From positions 4,517-68,516 of the forward strand of contig JAJQCJ010000004.1 of the NCBI GenBank assembly GCA_021202775.1: 64,000 nt of DNA, in the 5' to 3' direction. Below are positions 21,210 through 30,841 of this stretch, in pieces (within the stretch, counting starts at the first letter, position 1; each line of letters begins with the position of its first letter). The notes beneath the pieces were generated by a model that was not told where the DNA came from, made no database searches, and saw only the letters and a program-made list of their open reading frames with translations. A program made the position numbers and the translations under genes. Source of the DNA: Clostridiales bacterium. GTDB taxonomy: Bacteria; Bacillota; Clostridia; Oscillospirales; Oscillospiraceae.

Positions 21210-23132
21210 ATGAAAAGAACAATGAACCTGAATCAATCCTGGCAGTTCACCGGGAAGGACGGCGTCACTGTACCGGTGGACGTTCCCCACACCTGGAACA
21301 ACATCGACGGACAGGACGGTGGGAACGACTACTACCGGGGCACCTGTGTCTATGAAAAACAGTTCCCCGCACCGGACTATGACCCGGCCACCGAACGGGT
21401 CTATCTGGAGTTCCGGGGGGTCAACGCCTCGGCGGAGGTCATTTTGAACGGGGCCACCGTGATGACCCACGACGGCGGCTACTCCACCTTCCGGGCGGAC
21501 GTGACCGACGTGCTGAAGGCGGACAACGCCCTCACCGTCAAGGCGGACAACAGCGTCAACGACCGGGTCTACCCCCAGAAGGCGGACTTCACCTTTTACG
21601 GCGGCATTTACCGGGATGTGCTGCTGCGGGTGGTGAACAAAGTTCACTTCGACCTGGACTACTTCGGCGGCGAAGGGCTGCAGGTCACCCCCAAGGTGGA
21701 CGGCGTCAACGGCAAGGTGCAGGTCAAAACCTGGCATAACGGCGAAAACGCCGCCGTGTCCGTCCGGCTGCTGGACGGTGCGGGGGCCGAGGTGGCCTCC
21801 GGCGCAGGGGATGACGTGACCCTGACCATCCCCTCCGTCCACCTGTGGAACGGGGTGAAGGACCCCTACCTCTATACGGCGGTGGCCACCCTGACGGTGG
21901 ACGGCCAGGCGGTGGACGAGGTCAGCGCCCGCTTCGGCGTGCGCACCTGCCGGGTGGACCCCAAGGAGGGCTTCTTCCTGAACGGCAAATCCTATCCCCT
22001 CCGGGGCGTCAGCCGCCACCAGGACTGGAAGGGCATCGGCAACGCCCTGACGAAACAACATCACGAGACGGACATGGCCATCATCCGGGAGATGGGGGTC
22101 AACACCATCCGTCTGGCCCACTATCAGCATGACCAGTACTTCTATGACCTGTGCGACCAGTACGGCATGGTGGTCTGGGCGGAGATCCCCTACATTTCGG
22201 AGCATATGCCCAACGGCCGGGCCAACACCATCAGCCAGATGACCGAGCTGATCGTGCAGAATTACAACCATCCCTCCATCGTCTGCTGGGGCGTCTCCAA
22301 TGAGATCACCATCAGCACCAAGGACAAGGCGGATATGCTGGACAACCACCATGTTCTGAATGACCTGTGCCACAAGATGGACCCCACCCGCTTCACCACC
22401 CTGGCCTGCTACGCCATGTGCGGCCCCTTCAACAAGGTGGCCCACATCACCGACGTGGTCAGCTGGAACCTGTATCTGGGCTGGTATGTGCCGGGCCTGT
22501 TCCTGAACGACCTGTGGATCGACTTCTTCCACTGGAAGTATCCCAACCGCTGCCTGGGCTATTCGGAGTACGGCTGCGAGGCCATGCCCAACCTCCACAG
22601 CGACCATCCCAAGCGGGGCGACCAGTCCGAGGAATATCAGGCCATCTACCACGAGTATATGCTGAAATGCTTCGAGAAGCGGCCCTTCATGTGGGCCACC
22701 CACGTCTGGAATATGTTCGACTTCGCGGCGGACGCCCGGGACCAGGGCGGCGAGCCGGGGATGAACCACAAGGGCCTCGTCACCTTTGACCGCAAGACGA
22801 AGAAGGACAGCTTCTACCTCTACAAAGCCTACTGGAGTGATGAGCCCTTCGTCCACATCTGCGGCAAGCGGCAGGAGGACCGGGTGGGCGGCCAAACCGA
22901 GCTGAAGGTCTACTCCAACCAGCCGAAGGTTGTCCTCTATGTGGGGGACAAGCAGATCTCCGAGGCCCAGGGGGACAAGATTTTCCGCTTCACCGTGCCC
23001 ATGGACGGAGACATTTCCGTTCGCGTGGTGGCCGGGGCCTGCGAGGACACCGCCGCCTTCCACAAGGTGGACACCCCCAACCCCCGTTACAAGCTCCAGG
23101 CCGGGGACGGCAACGGCGGGAACTGGGTGTAA
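21210..23132 (+). CDS. glycoside hydrolase family 2 protein (beta-galactosidase / beta-glucuronidase-like)
   Basis: ATG at 21210 (MKRTMNLNQSWQFTGKDG..), 640 aa. The GH2 sugar-binding, Ig-like and TIM-barrel blocks are present (HTWNNIDGQDGGNDYYRG, NTIRLAHYQH, VWAEIPY, WGVSNEI, GYSEYGCEA). Confidence 0.85.
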   Translation: MKRTMNLNQSWQFTGKDGVTVPVDVPHTWNNIDGQDGGNDYYRGTCVYEKQFPAPDYDPATERVYLEFRGVNASAEVILNGATVMTHDGGYSTFRADVTDVLKADNALTVKADNSVNDRVYPQKADFTFYGGIYRDVLLRVVNKVHFDLDYFGGEGLQVTPKVDGVNGKVQVKTWHNGENAAVSVRLLDGAGAEVASGAGDDVTLTIPSVHLWNGVKDPYLYTAVATLTVDGQAVDEVSARFGVRTCRVDPKEGFFLNGKSYPLRGVSRHQDWKGIGNALTKQHHETDMAIIREMGVNTIRLAHYQHDQYFYDLCDQYGMVVWAEIPYISEHMPNGRANTISQMTELIVQNYNHPSIVCWGVSNEITISTKDKADMLDNHHVLNDLCHKMDPTRFTTLACYAMCGPFNKVAHITDVVSWNLYLGWYVPGLFLNDLWIDFFHWKYPNRCLGYSEYGCEAMPNLHSDHPKRGDQSEEYQAIYHEYMLKCFEKRPFMWATHVWNMFDFAADARDQGGEPGMNHKGLVTFDRKTKKDSFYLYKAYWSDEPFVHICGKRQEDRVGGQTELKVYSNQPKVVLYVGDKQISEAQGDKIFRFTVPMDGDISVRVVAGACEDTAAFHKVDTPNPRYKLQAGDGNGGNWV

Positions 23133-23312
23133 CGAAGCCCCAGAGCATCGTCTATTTTGCGCACTTTTTTAAGGGTTGTTTTGGTGCGTGTGAATAGAAC
23201 GCGGCGGCCCCCGTATACGGGGCGGGGGCCGCTGCCCAGTGTGGAAAGGAGGATGTTCCCCGGAGAAGCAAAGACGAATTTGATACTATGACAGGATTGG
23301 AGGAAATCCAAA

Positions 23313-26310
23313 ATGGCAAAAAAAGAAAAGAAGAAGGGCACCGGCGTAGTCAAGTGGTCGGTGCTGACCGCTGTGATGGCGATCATCATGATCGCCGGCT
23401 TTGTTGGCAACTATTTCGGCGGCGTTTATGCCACCACAGTGAATATCTACCTTGGCACATCCACCTATAAAGTTGTGAACGGCAACGACGATGCCGTGTA
23501 CTTTACCAGTGACTTCTCCAGCCAGGAAGAGCTAGAGGCTTACGAAGCGGAGCTTTGCGCCACTGTGGAAGCGGAAGGCGCGGCCCTGCTGACCAACGAG
23601 AACGATGCGCTGCCTCTGGCATCCGGCGCCAAGGTGAGCCTGTTCGCCCGTGGCTCCGTGGATCTGATGTACGGCGGCACCGGCTCCGGCTCCGTTGACA
23701 CCAGCGCCGCCCCCACGCTGCTGGAGGCCCTGACCACCTATGGCATTGAGGTCAACCAGACCCTGTGGGATTGGTATGAGTCCGTAGCGGACAGCTACAG
23801 CCGCGTGACCCCCGCCGCCATCTCCGACGTGCTGGAGGCCAACACCCAGTATGCCGTCAACGAGGCTCCCTGGTCTGAGGTAGAGGCCGGCGCCGGCGAT
23901 TCCTTCGCTGAGTACGGCGACGCCGCCATCGTGGTGTTTTCCCGCTCCGGCGGCGAGGGCGCTGACCTGCCTGCCGGCGATACCGGCGCTGACCTGTGGT
24001 ACAGCTCCGGCTCTGAGGGCGACGGCAACTATCTGGCCCTCTCCGCGGAGGAGCTGGAGCTGCTGGCCGGTCTGAAGGAGCTGAAGGATGAGGGCGTGTT
24101 CCAGTCCATCATCGTCCTGCTCAATACCTCCAACGCCATCGAGCTGGACTTCCTGGACCCTGACGTCTGCGGCGTGGATTACGGCGTGGATGCCTGCATG
24201 TGGATCGGCGACGTGGGCCAGACCGGTGCCAACGGCGTGGCGCAGCTCCTGTCCGGCGCAGTTTCTCCCTCCGGCAGCCTGGTGGATACCTATTGGTATG
24301 ACAACCTGGCCAACCCCGCTGTGACCAACTTCTACGCCAGAGAGTATCCCAACGCCTCTGATTACGGCTTCTCTTCCGACGATGCCGACTATGGCAACCA
24401 GGCTATGTACAGCGTCTACCAGGAGGGCATTTACCTGGGCTACCGTTATACCGAGACCCGCTATGAAGACGTGGTGATGGGCACTGCCAATGCCGGTGAC
24501 TTTGACTATGCCTCCACCGTGGCCTATGCCTTCGGCTATGGCATCAGCTATACCACCTTTGAGTACAGCGATTATTCCATGACCGCCACCGATGACGGCT
24601 TTGAGATCACTGTCACCGTCACCAACACCGGCGACACCTACTCCGGCAAGAAGACCGTTCAGGTTTACTTCCAGAGCCCCTACACCGATTATGACAAGGC
24701 CAACGGCATTGAAAAGGCCAGCGTAGAGCTGTGCGGCTATGCCAAGACCGACACCCTGGCCCCCGGCGAGTCCGAGACGGTCACCATTACGGTGGACAAG
24801 TCCGAGCTGCGGACCTATGACTCCAACAACGCCCAGACCTACATTCTGGACGCCGGCGATTACTACTTCACCGTCGGCAACGGCTCTCATGACGCCATCA
24901 ACAACATCCTGGCCGCCAAGGGCTACACCACTGCGGACGGCATGACCGCCGACGGCGACACCTCTCTGGTCGCCACCTGGACCCAGGACACTCTGGACAC
25001 CGAGATTTTCGCCACCTCCGAGGCCACCGGCACCGCCATCACCAACCTGTTTGACGAGGCCGACCCCAACAAGGCTTCCTACAGCCCCGGCGAGGTCACC
25101 TGGCTGTCCCGTTCCGACTGGGAAGGCACCTATCCCACCGGCACCTTCGACCTGACCATGAACGATGAGCTGGCGGCTGAGCTGGCTACCACCCGTTACG
25201 ATTCCTCCGAGGTGGAGGAGATGGAAATGCCCACCCTGGGGGCGGACAACGGCTTGAACCTGTCCTCCATGATCGGCAAGGACTACGACGACCCCGATTG
25301 GGATCTGCTGCTGGATCAGCTGACCTATTCTGAGATGGTGGAAACCATCACCCTGGGCTTCCACAACACCAAGCAGGTCAACTCTGTCTCCAAGCCCGCC
25401 ACCAGCGACGAGAACGGCCCCCCAGGGCCTGACCGCCTCCCTGACCGGCGGCGACTCCGCCATGTGCTATACCTCTGAGGACGTGATGGCGGCTACCTTC
25501 AACGATGAGTTGATTTATCAGGTGGGCCTGTGCATCGGCGAGGACTGCCTGGGCCACGGTTATTCCGGCCTGTACGGCCCCGGCATCAATATGCACCGCA
25601 CCGCCTATTCCGGCCGTAACTTCGAGTATTACTCCGAGGACCCCTACATTGCCGGTACCATCTGCGCCTCCGAGGTGCAGGGCATCCAGTCCAAGGGCGT
25701 CTATGTCTATCTGAAGCACGTCGCTCTGAACGACTCCGAGACCAGCCGTGAGGGCGTCAGCACCTGGCTCAACGAGCAGGCTGCCCGTGAGATCTATCTG
25801 GAGGTGGCCGACAAGGCCATCGTGGACGGCGGCGCCTGGTGCGTCATGTCCGGCTTCAACCGCTGGGGCGCTTACTGGTGCGGTGAGTACTACAACCTCC
25901 AGACCGCTTACCTCCGGGATGAGCTGGGCCTCCAGGGTATGTCTCTGACCGACTTCTCCGGCTATAGCCACTACATGGATCTGCCCGATGCCCTCATCGG
26001 CGGCACCGACATCTATGACAGCCCTGCAACGCTGATCCATACTGCTGACGCTTACGCAGCGGCCTATGATGAGAATGACCCCTACATGATTCAGGAAATG
26101 AAGGACGCCATGCACCGTATCCTGTATACCGTGGCCAACTCCAACGCCATGAACGGCTGGGATGAGAATACCTACATCAAGACCGTCACCCCCTGGTGGC
26201 AGATGGCTGTCTATGCAATCATCGTGGTCGGCATTGTGGGTACGATTGCCTGCGCGGTGATGCTGGTTCTGGCCATCCGCAGGAGGAATGCCGCAAAGGC
26301 CGCAAAGTAA
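23313..26310 (+). pseudogene. circularly permuted GH3 beta-glucosidase-like enzyme, reading frame broken at a C6 run
   Basis: Track ORFs 23313-25478 and 25462-26310 are two frames of one gene. The first part holds an N-terminal TM helix, the GH3 C-terminal alpha/beta-sandwich domain (GGTGSGSV, GEGADL, IVLLNTSNAIE, LSGAVSPSGSL) and an Fn3-like domain (FGYGISYTTF). The second part holds the GH3 TIM-barrel domain (GRNFEYYSEDPY, KHVALNDSE, VMSGFNRW) and a C-terminal TM helix. Removing one C from cccccc (25418-25423) gives a continuous DENGPQGLTASLTGGDSAMCYTSED. Confidence 0.8.
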
Positions 26311-26394
26311 CTACGCAGAAATCTCCTTTCAATCCCTGCCCCTCCCCGGAGGGGCAGGGACCGCCCACCGTATGACTGACTTGAGGTGAATCCT

Positions 26395-27975
26395 ATGAGT
26401 GAAGAAACTAAAACAGCGCCTGCAGGTGTGAACCGCGCGAAAATGTATCAGCTGGTGCTGTTCCCCATGAACAACGGGGCCACCAACGTCTACTTCGTCC
26501 TGGTGCTGTCCTATGTGGCCCAGTTCGGCTCCAGCGTGCTGCAGCTGGGGATGTTCGCGTCCATCATGGTGACGGTTATGCGTGTGACCGACGCCATCAC
26601 CGACCCTGTTATCGGCGCACTGATGGATCGCACCAGCACCAGAATTGGCAAGTTCCGTCCCTTTATGATTCTCGGCAGCGCCATTATGGCGGTCAGCGTC
26701 CTTATAATGTATGTGCTGCTGCCCTTCATTCCGGAGAGCATGATGGCCCTGCGGTACATCGGCTTCGTGGTCATTTACTTCATCTGGGTGATTGGCTACA
26801 CCTTCCAGACCTCCTGCACCCGGGCCGGGCAGACCGTGCTGACCAACGACCCCAACCAGCGGCCCCTGTTTACCATTTTCAATACTGTCGGCTCCCTGCT
26901 GGGCATGGGCGTTATGCAGTTCATGATCCCCATCATCAAGAATATGTACAACGTCTATGACGATGCCGGCAACCTGCTGACCTCCGGCTACGCCCGTCCG
27001 GAACTGTACCGCGTGATTGCTCCGATCGGCATCGTGGTGTCTGTCCTCCTGACCATCCTGGCCATCATCGGCATCGCCGGGAAGGACCGCCCCGAGTTCT
27101 ATGGCATTGGCGGCGGCAAGCAGGAGAAGGTCAAGGTCTCCGAGTATGTGGAGATCATTAAGAGCAATAAACCCATGCAGCGGCTGATGGTGGCCGGCGC
27201 AGGCTGCAAGCTGGCCCTGGCCATCGCCACCAACACCACGGTGTTGCTGGCCCTCTACGGCATCTTGATGGGCAACTACGACAGCCTGTACCTGCCCATG
27301 ATGGTTCTGGGCTATGTCTGCTCGGTGCCATTCTTCCTGATGTCTGCCCGCACCTCTCAGAAGCTGGGGCAGAAGGCATCTCTGACCCGATATGTCTCCG
27401 TGGCGCTGATTTGCTACGTCGGCGTGCTGGCCCTCCTGCTGCTGTGCGACCACACCAGCGGCAGCGCCCTGACCCTGTCCTTCCCCTACAATGGCGGCGG
27501 CGGCATCAATTTGTACACCATCCTGTTCATCCTCTGCTTCGGCATCGGCTACGGCGCGTATTATGCTACGGCGGATATGCCCATCCCCATGGTGGCGGAC
27601 TGCTCCGACTACGAGACCTATCGCTCCGGCAAGTACATCCCCGGCATTATGGGAACCCTGTTCTCTCTGGTGGATAAGCTGGTGTCCTCTCTGGCCCAGA
27701 CCCTGGTGTCGATTATCTTCCTGATCTGCGCGGGGCTCAGCGAGCTGCCCACCGACGCCACCCCCTATTCCGGCGGCATCAAGGTGGCGGTCATCGTCAT
27801 GTTCTGCGTCATCCCCATGCTGGCCTGGGCGGCCACCCTTTGGGCCATGCACGGCTACTCCCTCACCGGCGAAAAGATGAAGGAGATTCAGGCCGTCAAT
27901 GCCAAGCGCAAGGAAGAGGTTGCCAACGGCATGACCCTGGAGGACGCCATGAAGAAGTGGCCCGGCGAGGACTGA
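26395..27975 (+). CDS. GPH-family (glycoside-pentoside-hexuronide) cation symporter
   Basis: ATG at 26395, 8 nt after TGAGG. About 526 aa and 12 TM helices, with the GPH loop motif DAITDPVIGALMDRTSTRIGKFRPF. Confidence 0.85.
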   Translation: MSEETKTAPAGVNRAKMYQLVLFPMNNGATNVYFVLVLSYVAQFGSSVLQLGMFASIMVTVMRVTDAITDPVIGALMDRTSTRIGKFRPFMILGSAIMAVSVLIMYVLLPFIPESMMALRYIGFVVIYFIWVIGYTFQTSCTRAGQTVLTNDPNQRPLFTIFNTVGSLLGMGVMQFMIPIIKNMYNVYDDAGNLLTSGYARPELYRVIAPIGIVVSVLLTILAIIGIAGKDRPEFYGIGGGKQEKVKVSEYVEIIKSNKPMQRLMVAGAGCKLALAIATNTTVLLALYGILMGNYDSLYLPMMVLGYVCSVPFFLMSARTSQKLGQKASLTRYVSVALICYVGVLALLLLCDHTSGSALTLSFPYNGGGGINLYTILFILCFGIGYGAYYATADMPIPMVADCSDYETYRSGKYIPGIMGTLFSLVDKLVSSLAQTLVSIIFLICAGLSELPTDATPYSGGIKVAVIVMFCVIPMLAWAATLWAMHGYSLTGEKMKEIQAVNAKRKEEVANGMTLEDAMKKWPGED

Positions 27976-28020
27976 GTCCTGTTCCGGCACAAAGCCCTTC
28001 CAGCGCCTTCCATAGCAGTT

Positions 28021-28062
28021 AAACAGAGCGGCTGCGCTTTTCGGAGCGCAGCCGCTCTGTTT
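28021..28062 (+). terminator. long perfect hairpin downstream of the symporter (terminator-like, weak T-tail)
   Basis: aaacagagcggctgcgct (28021-28038) pairs with agcgcagccgctctgttt (28045-28062). Confidence 0.55.
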
Positions 28063-28139
28063 CGCCCCTGGGCTTCGGCGGGAAGGGGCCGGAGGTTCCC
28101 CTCCCGGAAGAAACAACCGGGCTGGAAACAAATCCGCGG

Positions 28140-28168
28140 TTGATAAACCCGCGCGGTTGTGGCATAAT
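28140..28168 (+). promoter_or_regulatory. sigma-A-type promoter of the repeat-protein gene
   Basis: TTGATA (28140-28145)-17 nt-CATAAT (28163-28168). Confidence 0.5.
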
Positions 28169-28211
28169 AGAAGTTAATCTATGATGAGCTAAAACTCCGG
28201 GAGCGTTCTGC

Positions 28212-30056
28212 ATGAAAAAAGGTTGGCAGGCTGTGACGGCGTTGGCGCTGGCTGTGCTCTGCGGCAGCATCCTGGCACCAACCGCAGCCGCGGTAGAGCT
28301 TGATTTCAATGGTATATATGAGCATCCGGTGCGGGTGGCGGTGGGCGTGGTCTGCCTTGTGGCGGCTGTGGCGCTGCTGCTCTATCGTGTGCTGCGGCAT
28401 CCCATGGACAAGGCCAGACGCTCCCGCAGCTATGGCGGGGACAAGGGGGCCAGAGGCCCGTCGATGGAATCCTATCGCCGGTCCCGCCGGAAAAAGAAGT
28501 CGCCCAGCGGCGGCGTGTTTGGCTTGCTGTTGCCCAGCTACAAGGGCAGGAGGCAGGGGCGGGCCGGGCCGTCGGTGTCTGTGGCTGCGCCGGAGCGCCA
28601 TCGCACGGTGAAGCGCCGCCGCGCCCCGTCGCCCATTCGGGGCTTCTCCAATCAATCCTATAAGGGCGGCGGCAGCGCGGCAGGCACCGCCAACCCCCGC
28701 ACGATCTTACCGGACAGCTATAAGGCGCCCTGGGGCAGCAAAGGCCGCTACGGCACCCTGCGCCTGAAATCGGGCGAAGCGCGGTACAGGGGCGGCGGCA
28801 GCGCGGCGGGCACCGCCAATGTCCGCACCGCCCAGCCGGACAGCTACCGGGAGCCCTGGGGCGGGAAGAAGCGCTACGGCGGATTTTCCCTGCCCGCCCT
28901 TCCGATTCCCTATCTGGGCCGGAGGAAGGAGGCGGATTCCACCGTAAAAGGCCCCCACACGCCGGCCAGACACACCGGGAAGGGGATTCTCCGTCCCGCC
29001 CCGGCGAAGGTCACTGTGGCGACGCCGGAACGCTACCGGGAACGCCTTGGCCTGCGGCGGCGCTACGGGATGAAAAATCCCCGGGATGAGATACCGATTT
29101 ACCACGGCGGGAGCCATGTGCTCCGGGCGGCCAGGGTGGCGCTGGCTGCGCCCATGAGCTATCGGGAGCCCTGGGGCAGCAGGCGGCGGTACGGGACGCA
29201 GACCGTCATGGACTGGCTGCCCGTTTACCGGGGCAGCGTCTCCATCACCAGGAGCAGGAACGCCTACCCCGCCGTCCCCCTGAGCTATCGGGAGCCGTGG
29301 GGAAGGAAATCCCGCTACGGCAAGGGGGCCGTCCCCTATGTGCTGCCCCAGAGCCACCGGGAGCCTCAGGGGATGCAATCCCGCTACGGTAAGGGGGCTG
29401 TCCCCTATGCGCTGCCCCAGAGCCACCGGGAGCCCCAGGGGATGCAATCCCGCTACGGCAGGGGGGCTGTCCTCTGTGAACTGCCCCTGAGCTACCGGGA
29501 GCCCTGGGGGAGGAAAGCCCGCTACGGCGAGGGGGCCGTCCCCTATGCGCTGCCCCAGAGCCACCGGGAGCCCCAGGGGATGAAATTCCGATACGGCAGG
29601 GGAGCCGTCCCCTGTGAAGCGCCCCTGAGTTACCGGGAACCCTGGGGAAGGAAGGCCCGTTACGGCAGAGGGGCCGTCCCGGACGAACTGCCCCTGAGCT
29701 ATCGGGAGCCCTGGGGACTCCTGCGCCGCTACGGCGCGGGGGACCCGCTGGAGCGGACGGCCCTGCCGCTGCCCCTCCCCTACCTGGGGGGCAGCACCAC
29801 CACCGCAAAGGAGCCGTGGATCGACCCGGACACGGGGCGGCTGGCGGAGCCGGTGCAGCCCAGCCGGAAGCAGTACGGCAACAGGCGCTATGGCGGGAAA
29901 CTCTACGGCGGGCGCATCGTCCGGTACCGGGAGGAGGAGCCGCCGGACGGCAGCACCGTCCTGCACGACGAGGAGGTGTCGGACAGCAGCACCGCCCTGC
30001 ACGACGGGGAGGACGGCCTCCGGTATGCGGCACAGTCCGACGCCACAGATACATAA
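28212..30056 (+). CDS. membrane-anchored, highly basic tandem-repeat protein (S-Y-R-E-P-W-G-x3-R-Y-G repeats), no recognisable family
   Basis: 614-aa ORF with a GGGAG RBS 8 nt upstream, its own promoter and its own terminator. It opens with a signal-like N-terminus MKKGWQAVTALALAVLCGSILAPTAAA, then one TM helix VRVAVGVVCLVAAVALLLY followed by RVLRHPMDKARRSRS. The rest holds at least 11 motif copies and an acidic C-terminal tail. Confidence 0.7.
   Translation: MKKGWQAVTALALAVLCGSILAPTAAAVELDFNGIYEHPVRVAVGVVCLVAAVALLLYRVLRHPMDKARRSRSYGGDKGARGPSMESYRRSRRKKKSPSGGVFGLLLPSYKGRRQGRAGPSVSVAAPERHRTVKRRRAPSPIRGFSNQSYKGGGSAAGTANPRTILPDSYKAPWGSKGRYGTLRLKSGEARYRGGGSAAGTANVRTAQPDSYREPWGGKKRYGGFSLPALPIPYLGRRKEADSTVKGPHTPARHTGKGILRPAPAKVTVATPERYRERLGLRRRYGMKNPRDEIPIYHGGSHVLRAARVALAAPMSYREPWGSRRRYGTQTVMDWLPVYRGSVSITRSRNAYPAVPLSYREPWGRKSRYGKGAVPYVLPQSHREPQGMQSRYGKGAVPYALPQSHREPQGMQSRYGRGAVLCELPLSYREPWGRKARYGEGAVPYALPQSHREPQGMKFRYGRGAVPCEAPLSYREPWGRKARYGRGAVPDELPLSYREPWGLLRRYGAGDPLERTALPLPLPYLGGSTTTAKEPWIDPDTGRLAEPVQPSRKQYGNRRYGGKLYGGRIVRYREEEPPDGSTVLHDEEVSDSSTALHDGEDGLRYAAQSDATDT
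29277..29759 (+). repeat. in-frame tandem array, 7 x 69 nt (23 aa), two unit subtypes
   Basis: Subtype A is PLSYREPWGRK.RYG.GAVP... and subtype B is PQSHREPQGM..RYG.GAV..... The order is A-B-B-A-B-A-A(degenerate). Adjacent B units are nearly identical over their first ~45 nt. Confidence 0.85.
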
Positions 30057-30091
30057 AAAGCGGCAGGAAACCGGTTCCTGCCGCTTTTTTT
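30056..30091. terminator. bidirectional rho-independent terminator
   Basis: aaaaagcggcaggaa (30056-30070) pairs with ttcctgccgcttttt (30075-30089). The A-run and T-run allow termination for both convergent genes. Confidence 0.8.
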
Positions 30092-30114
30092 GCATAGTCA
30101 AAGGTCCTCCGGGT

Positions 30115-30750
30115 TCAGTAACCCAAATCCTCCCCCACCAGAATGACGTGGATCCTGCCCTCCGGCTTGCAGTGGCGAGTGATGACCGTCTGGGCGCAGA
30201 TGCAGTCCGGGCTGTGGCAGTCCCCACACCTGCCGGTGGCGGCGCAGGGGGTCTCCCGGCCAAGGCGGATGGCGTTGATGGGGGCGGCGATATGGTGGAT
30301 ACGCTCAATGGCGGCGGCCTCGTCTTTGCACACCTTGTTCATCCCGGCCACCACAACGACCTTCTTCGGGCCGAACAGGAGCATGGCCAGGCGGTTGCCG
30401 TTGCCGTCCACGTTGACCAGTTTCCCGTCCAGGGTGACGGCGTTGGCGCTCATGAAAAAGACGTCCGAACCGAAGGACTGCTGATAGATTTGCTGCCGCT
30501 CCTCCTCGCTCCGGGCGGTGCGGCGGTCAATCAGGGTGCAGCCGGAGGCCTCCGCCACCGGGAAGAAGCCGATCTCCTCCAGGGTCATGCTGCCCCCGAA
30601 GGAGACGGAGACGCCGGGCTGCAAAAAGGTCCGCACCTGCGCCAGGGTTTCCGCACGGTTGGCGGCGTAGGCGCCGGTCATACCGTGCTGCTCCAGCCGG
30701 GCCAGAATGGCCGCGGCGGTGATGGTGTTGTACTGTTCACGAGGGGTCAT
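30115..30750 (-). CDS. LUD-domain (lactate-utilisation YkgG/LutC-like) protein
   Basis: 211 aa with the typical blocks FGGSMTLEEIG, FMSANAVTLDGKLVNVDGNGNR and GMNKV and a C-terminal Cys cluster CAATGRCGDCHSPDCIC. Confidence 0.75.
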   Translation of the reverse strand: MTPREQYNTITAAAILARLEQHGMTGAYAANRAETLAQVRTFLQPGVSVSFGGSMTLEEIGFFPVAEASGCTLIDRRTARSEEERQQIYQQSFGSDVFFMSANAVTLDGKLVNVDGNGNRLAMLLFGPKKVVVVAGMNKVCKDEAAAIERIHHIAAPINAIRLGRETPCAATGRCGDCHSPDCICAQTVITRHCKPEGRIHVILVGEDLGY

Positions 30751-30841
30751 AGGGTGCTCCTTCCTGCGTCAAAACGCATTGCAATTTGATACCATTTTAT
30801 CACAGGAAGGAGGGGATTACCAGCGGCAATTTCCATCGCCT

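Noticed and set aside
21132-28131. Minus-strand ORFs 21132-23063, 23532-25463 and 26329-28131 (600-643 aa each)
   Set aside because: They are antisense to GH2, GH3 and the GPH symporter respectively. They have no domains and the biased G/H/V/A/D/P composition of antisense frames.
29277-29759. Tandem repeats considered as a CRISPR array or as a DGR template/variable-repeat pair
   Set aside because: The units are contiguous with no spacers, are in frame and sit inside an ORF. No cas genes and no reverse transcriptase are present in the window. Differences between subtypes are not adenine-specific.
28707-30308. 533-aa minus-strand ORF opposite the repeat protein, considered as the possible true coding strand
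   Set aside because: It would run through the strong bidirectional terminator at 30056-30091 and into the LUD gene. It has no RBS or signal features. The plus-strand frame has a promoter, an RBS, a signal/TM N-terminus and a clean stop before the terminator. The repeat periodicity is visible on both strands, so periodicity does not discriminate.
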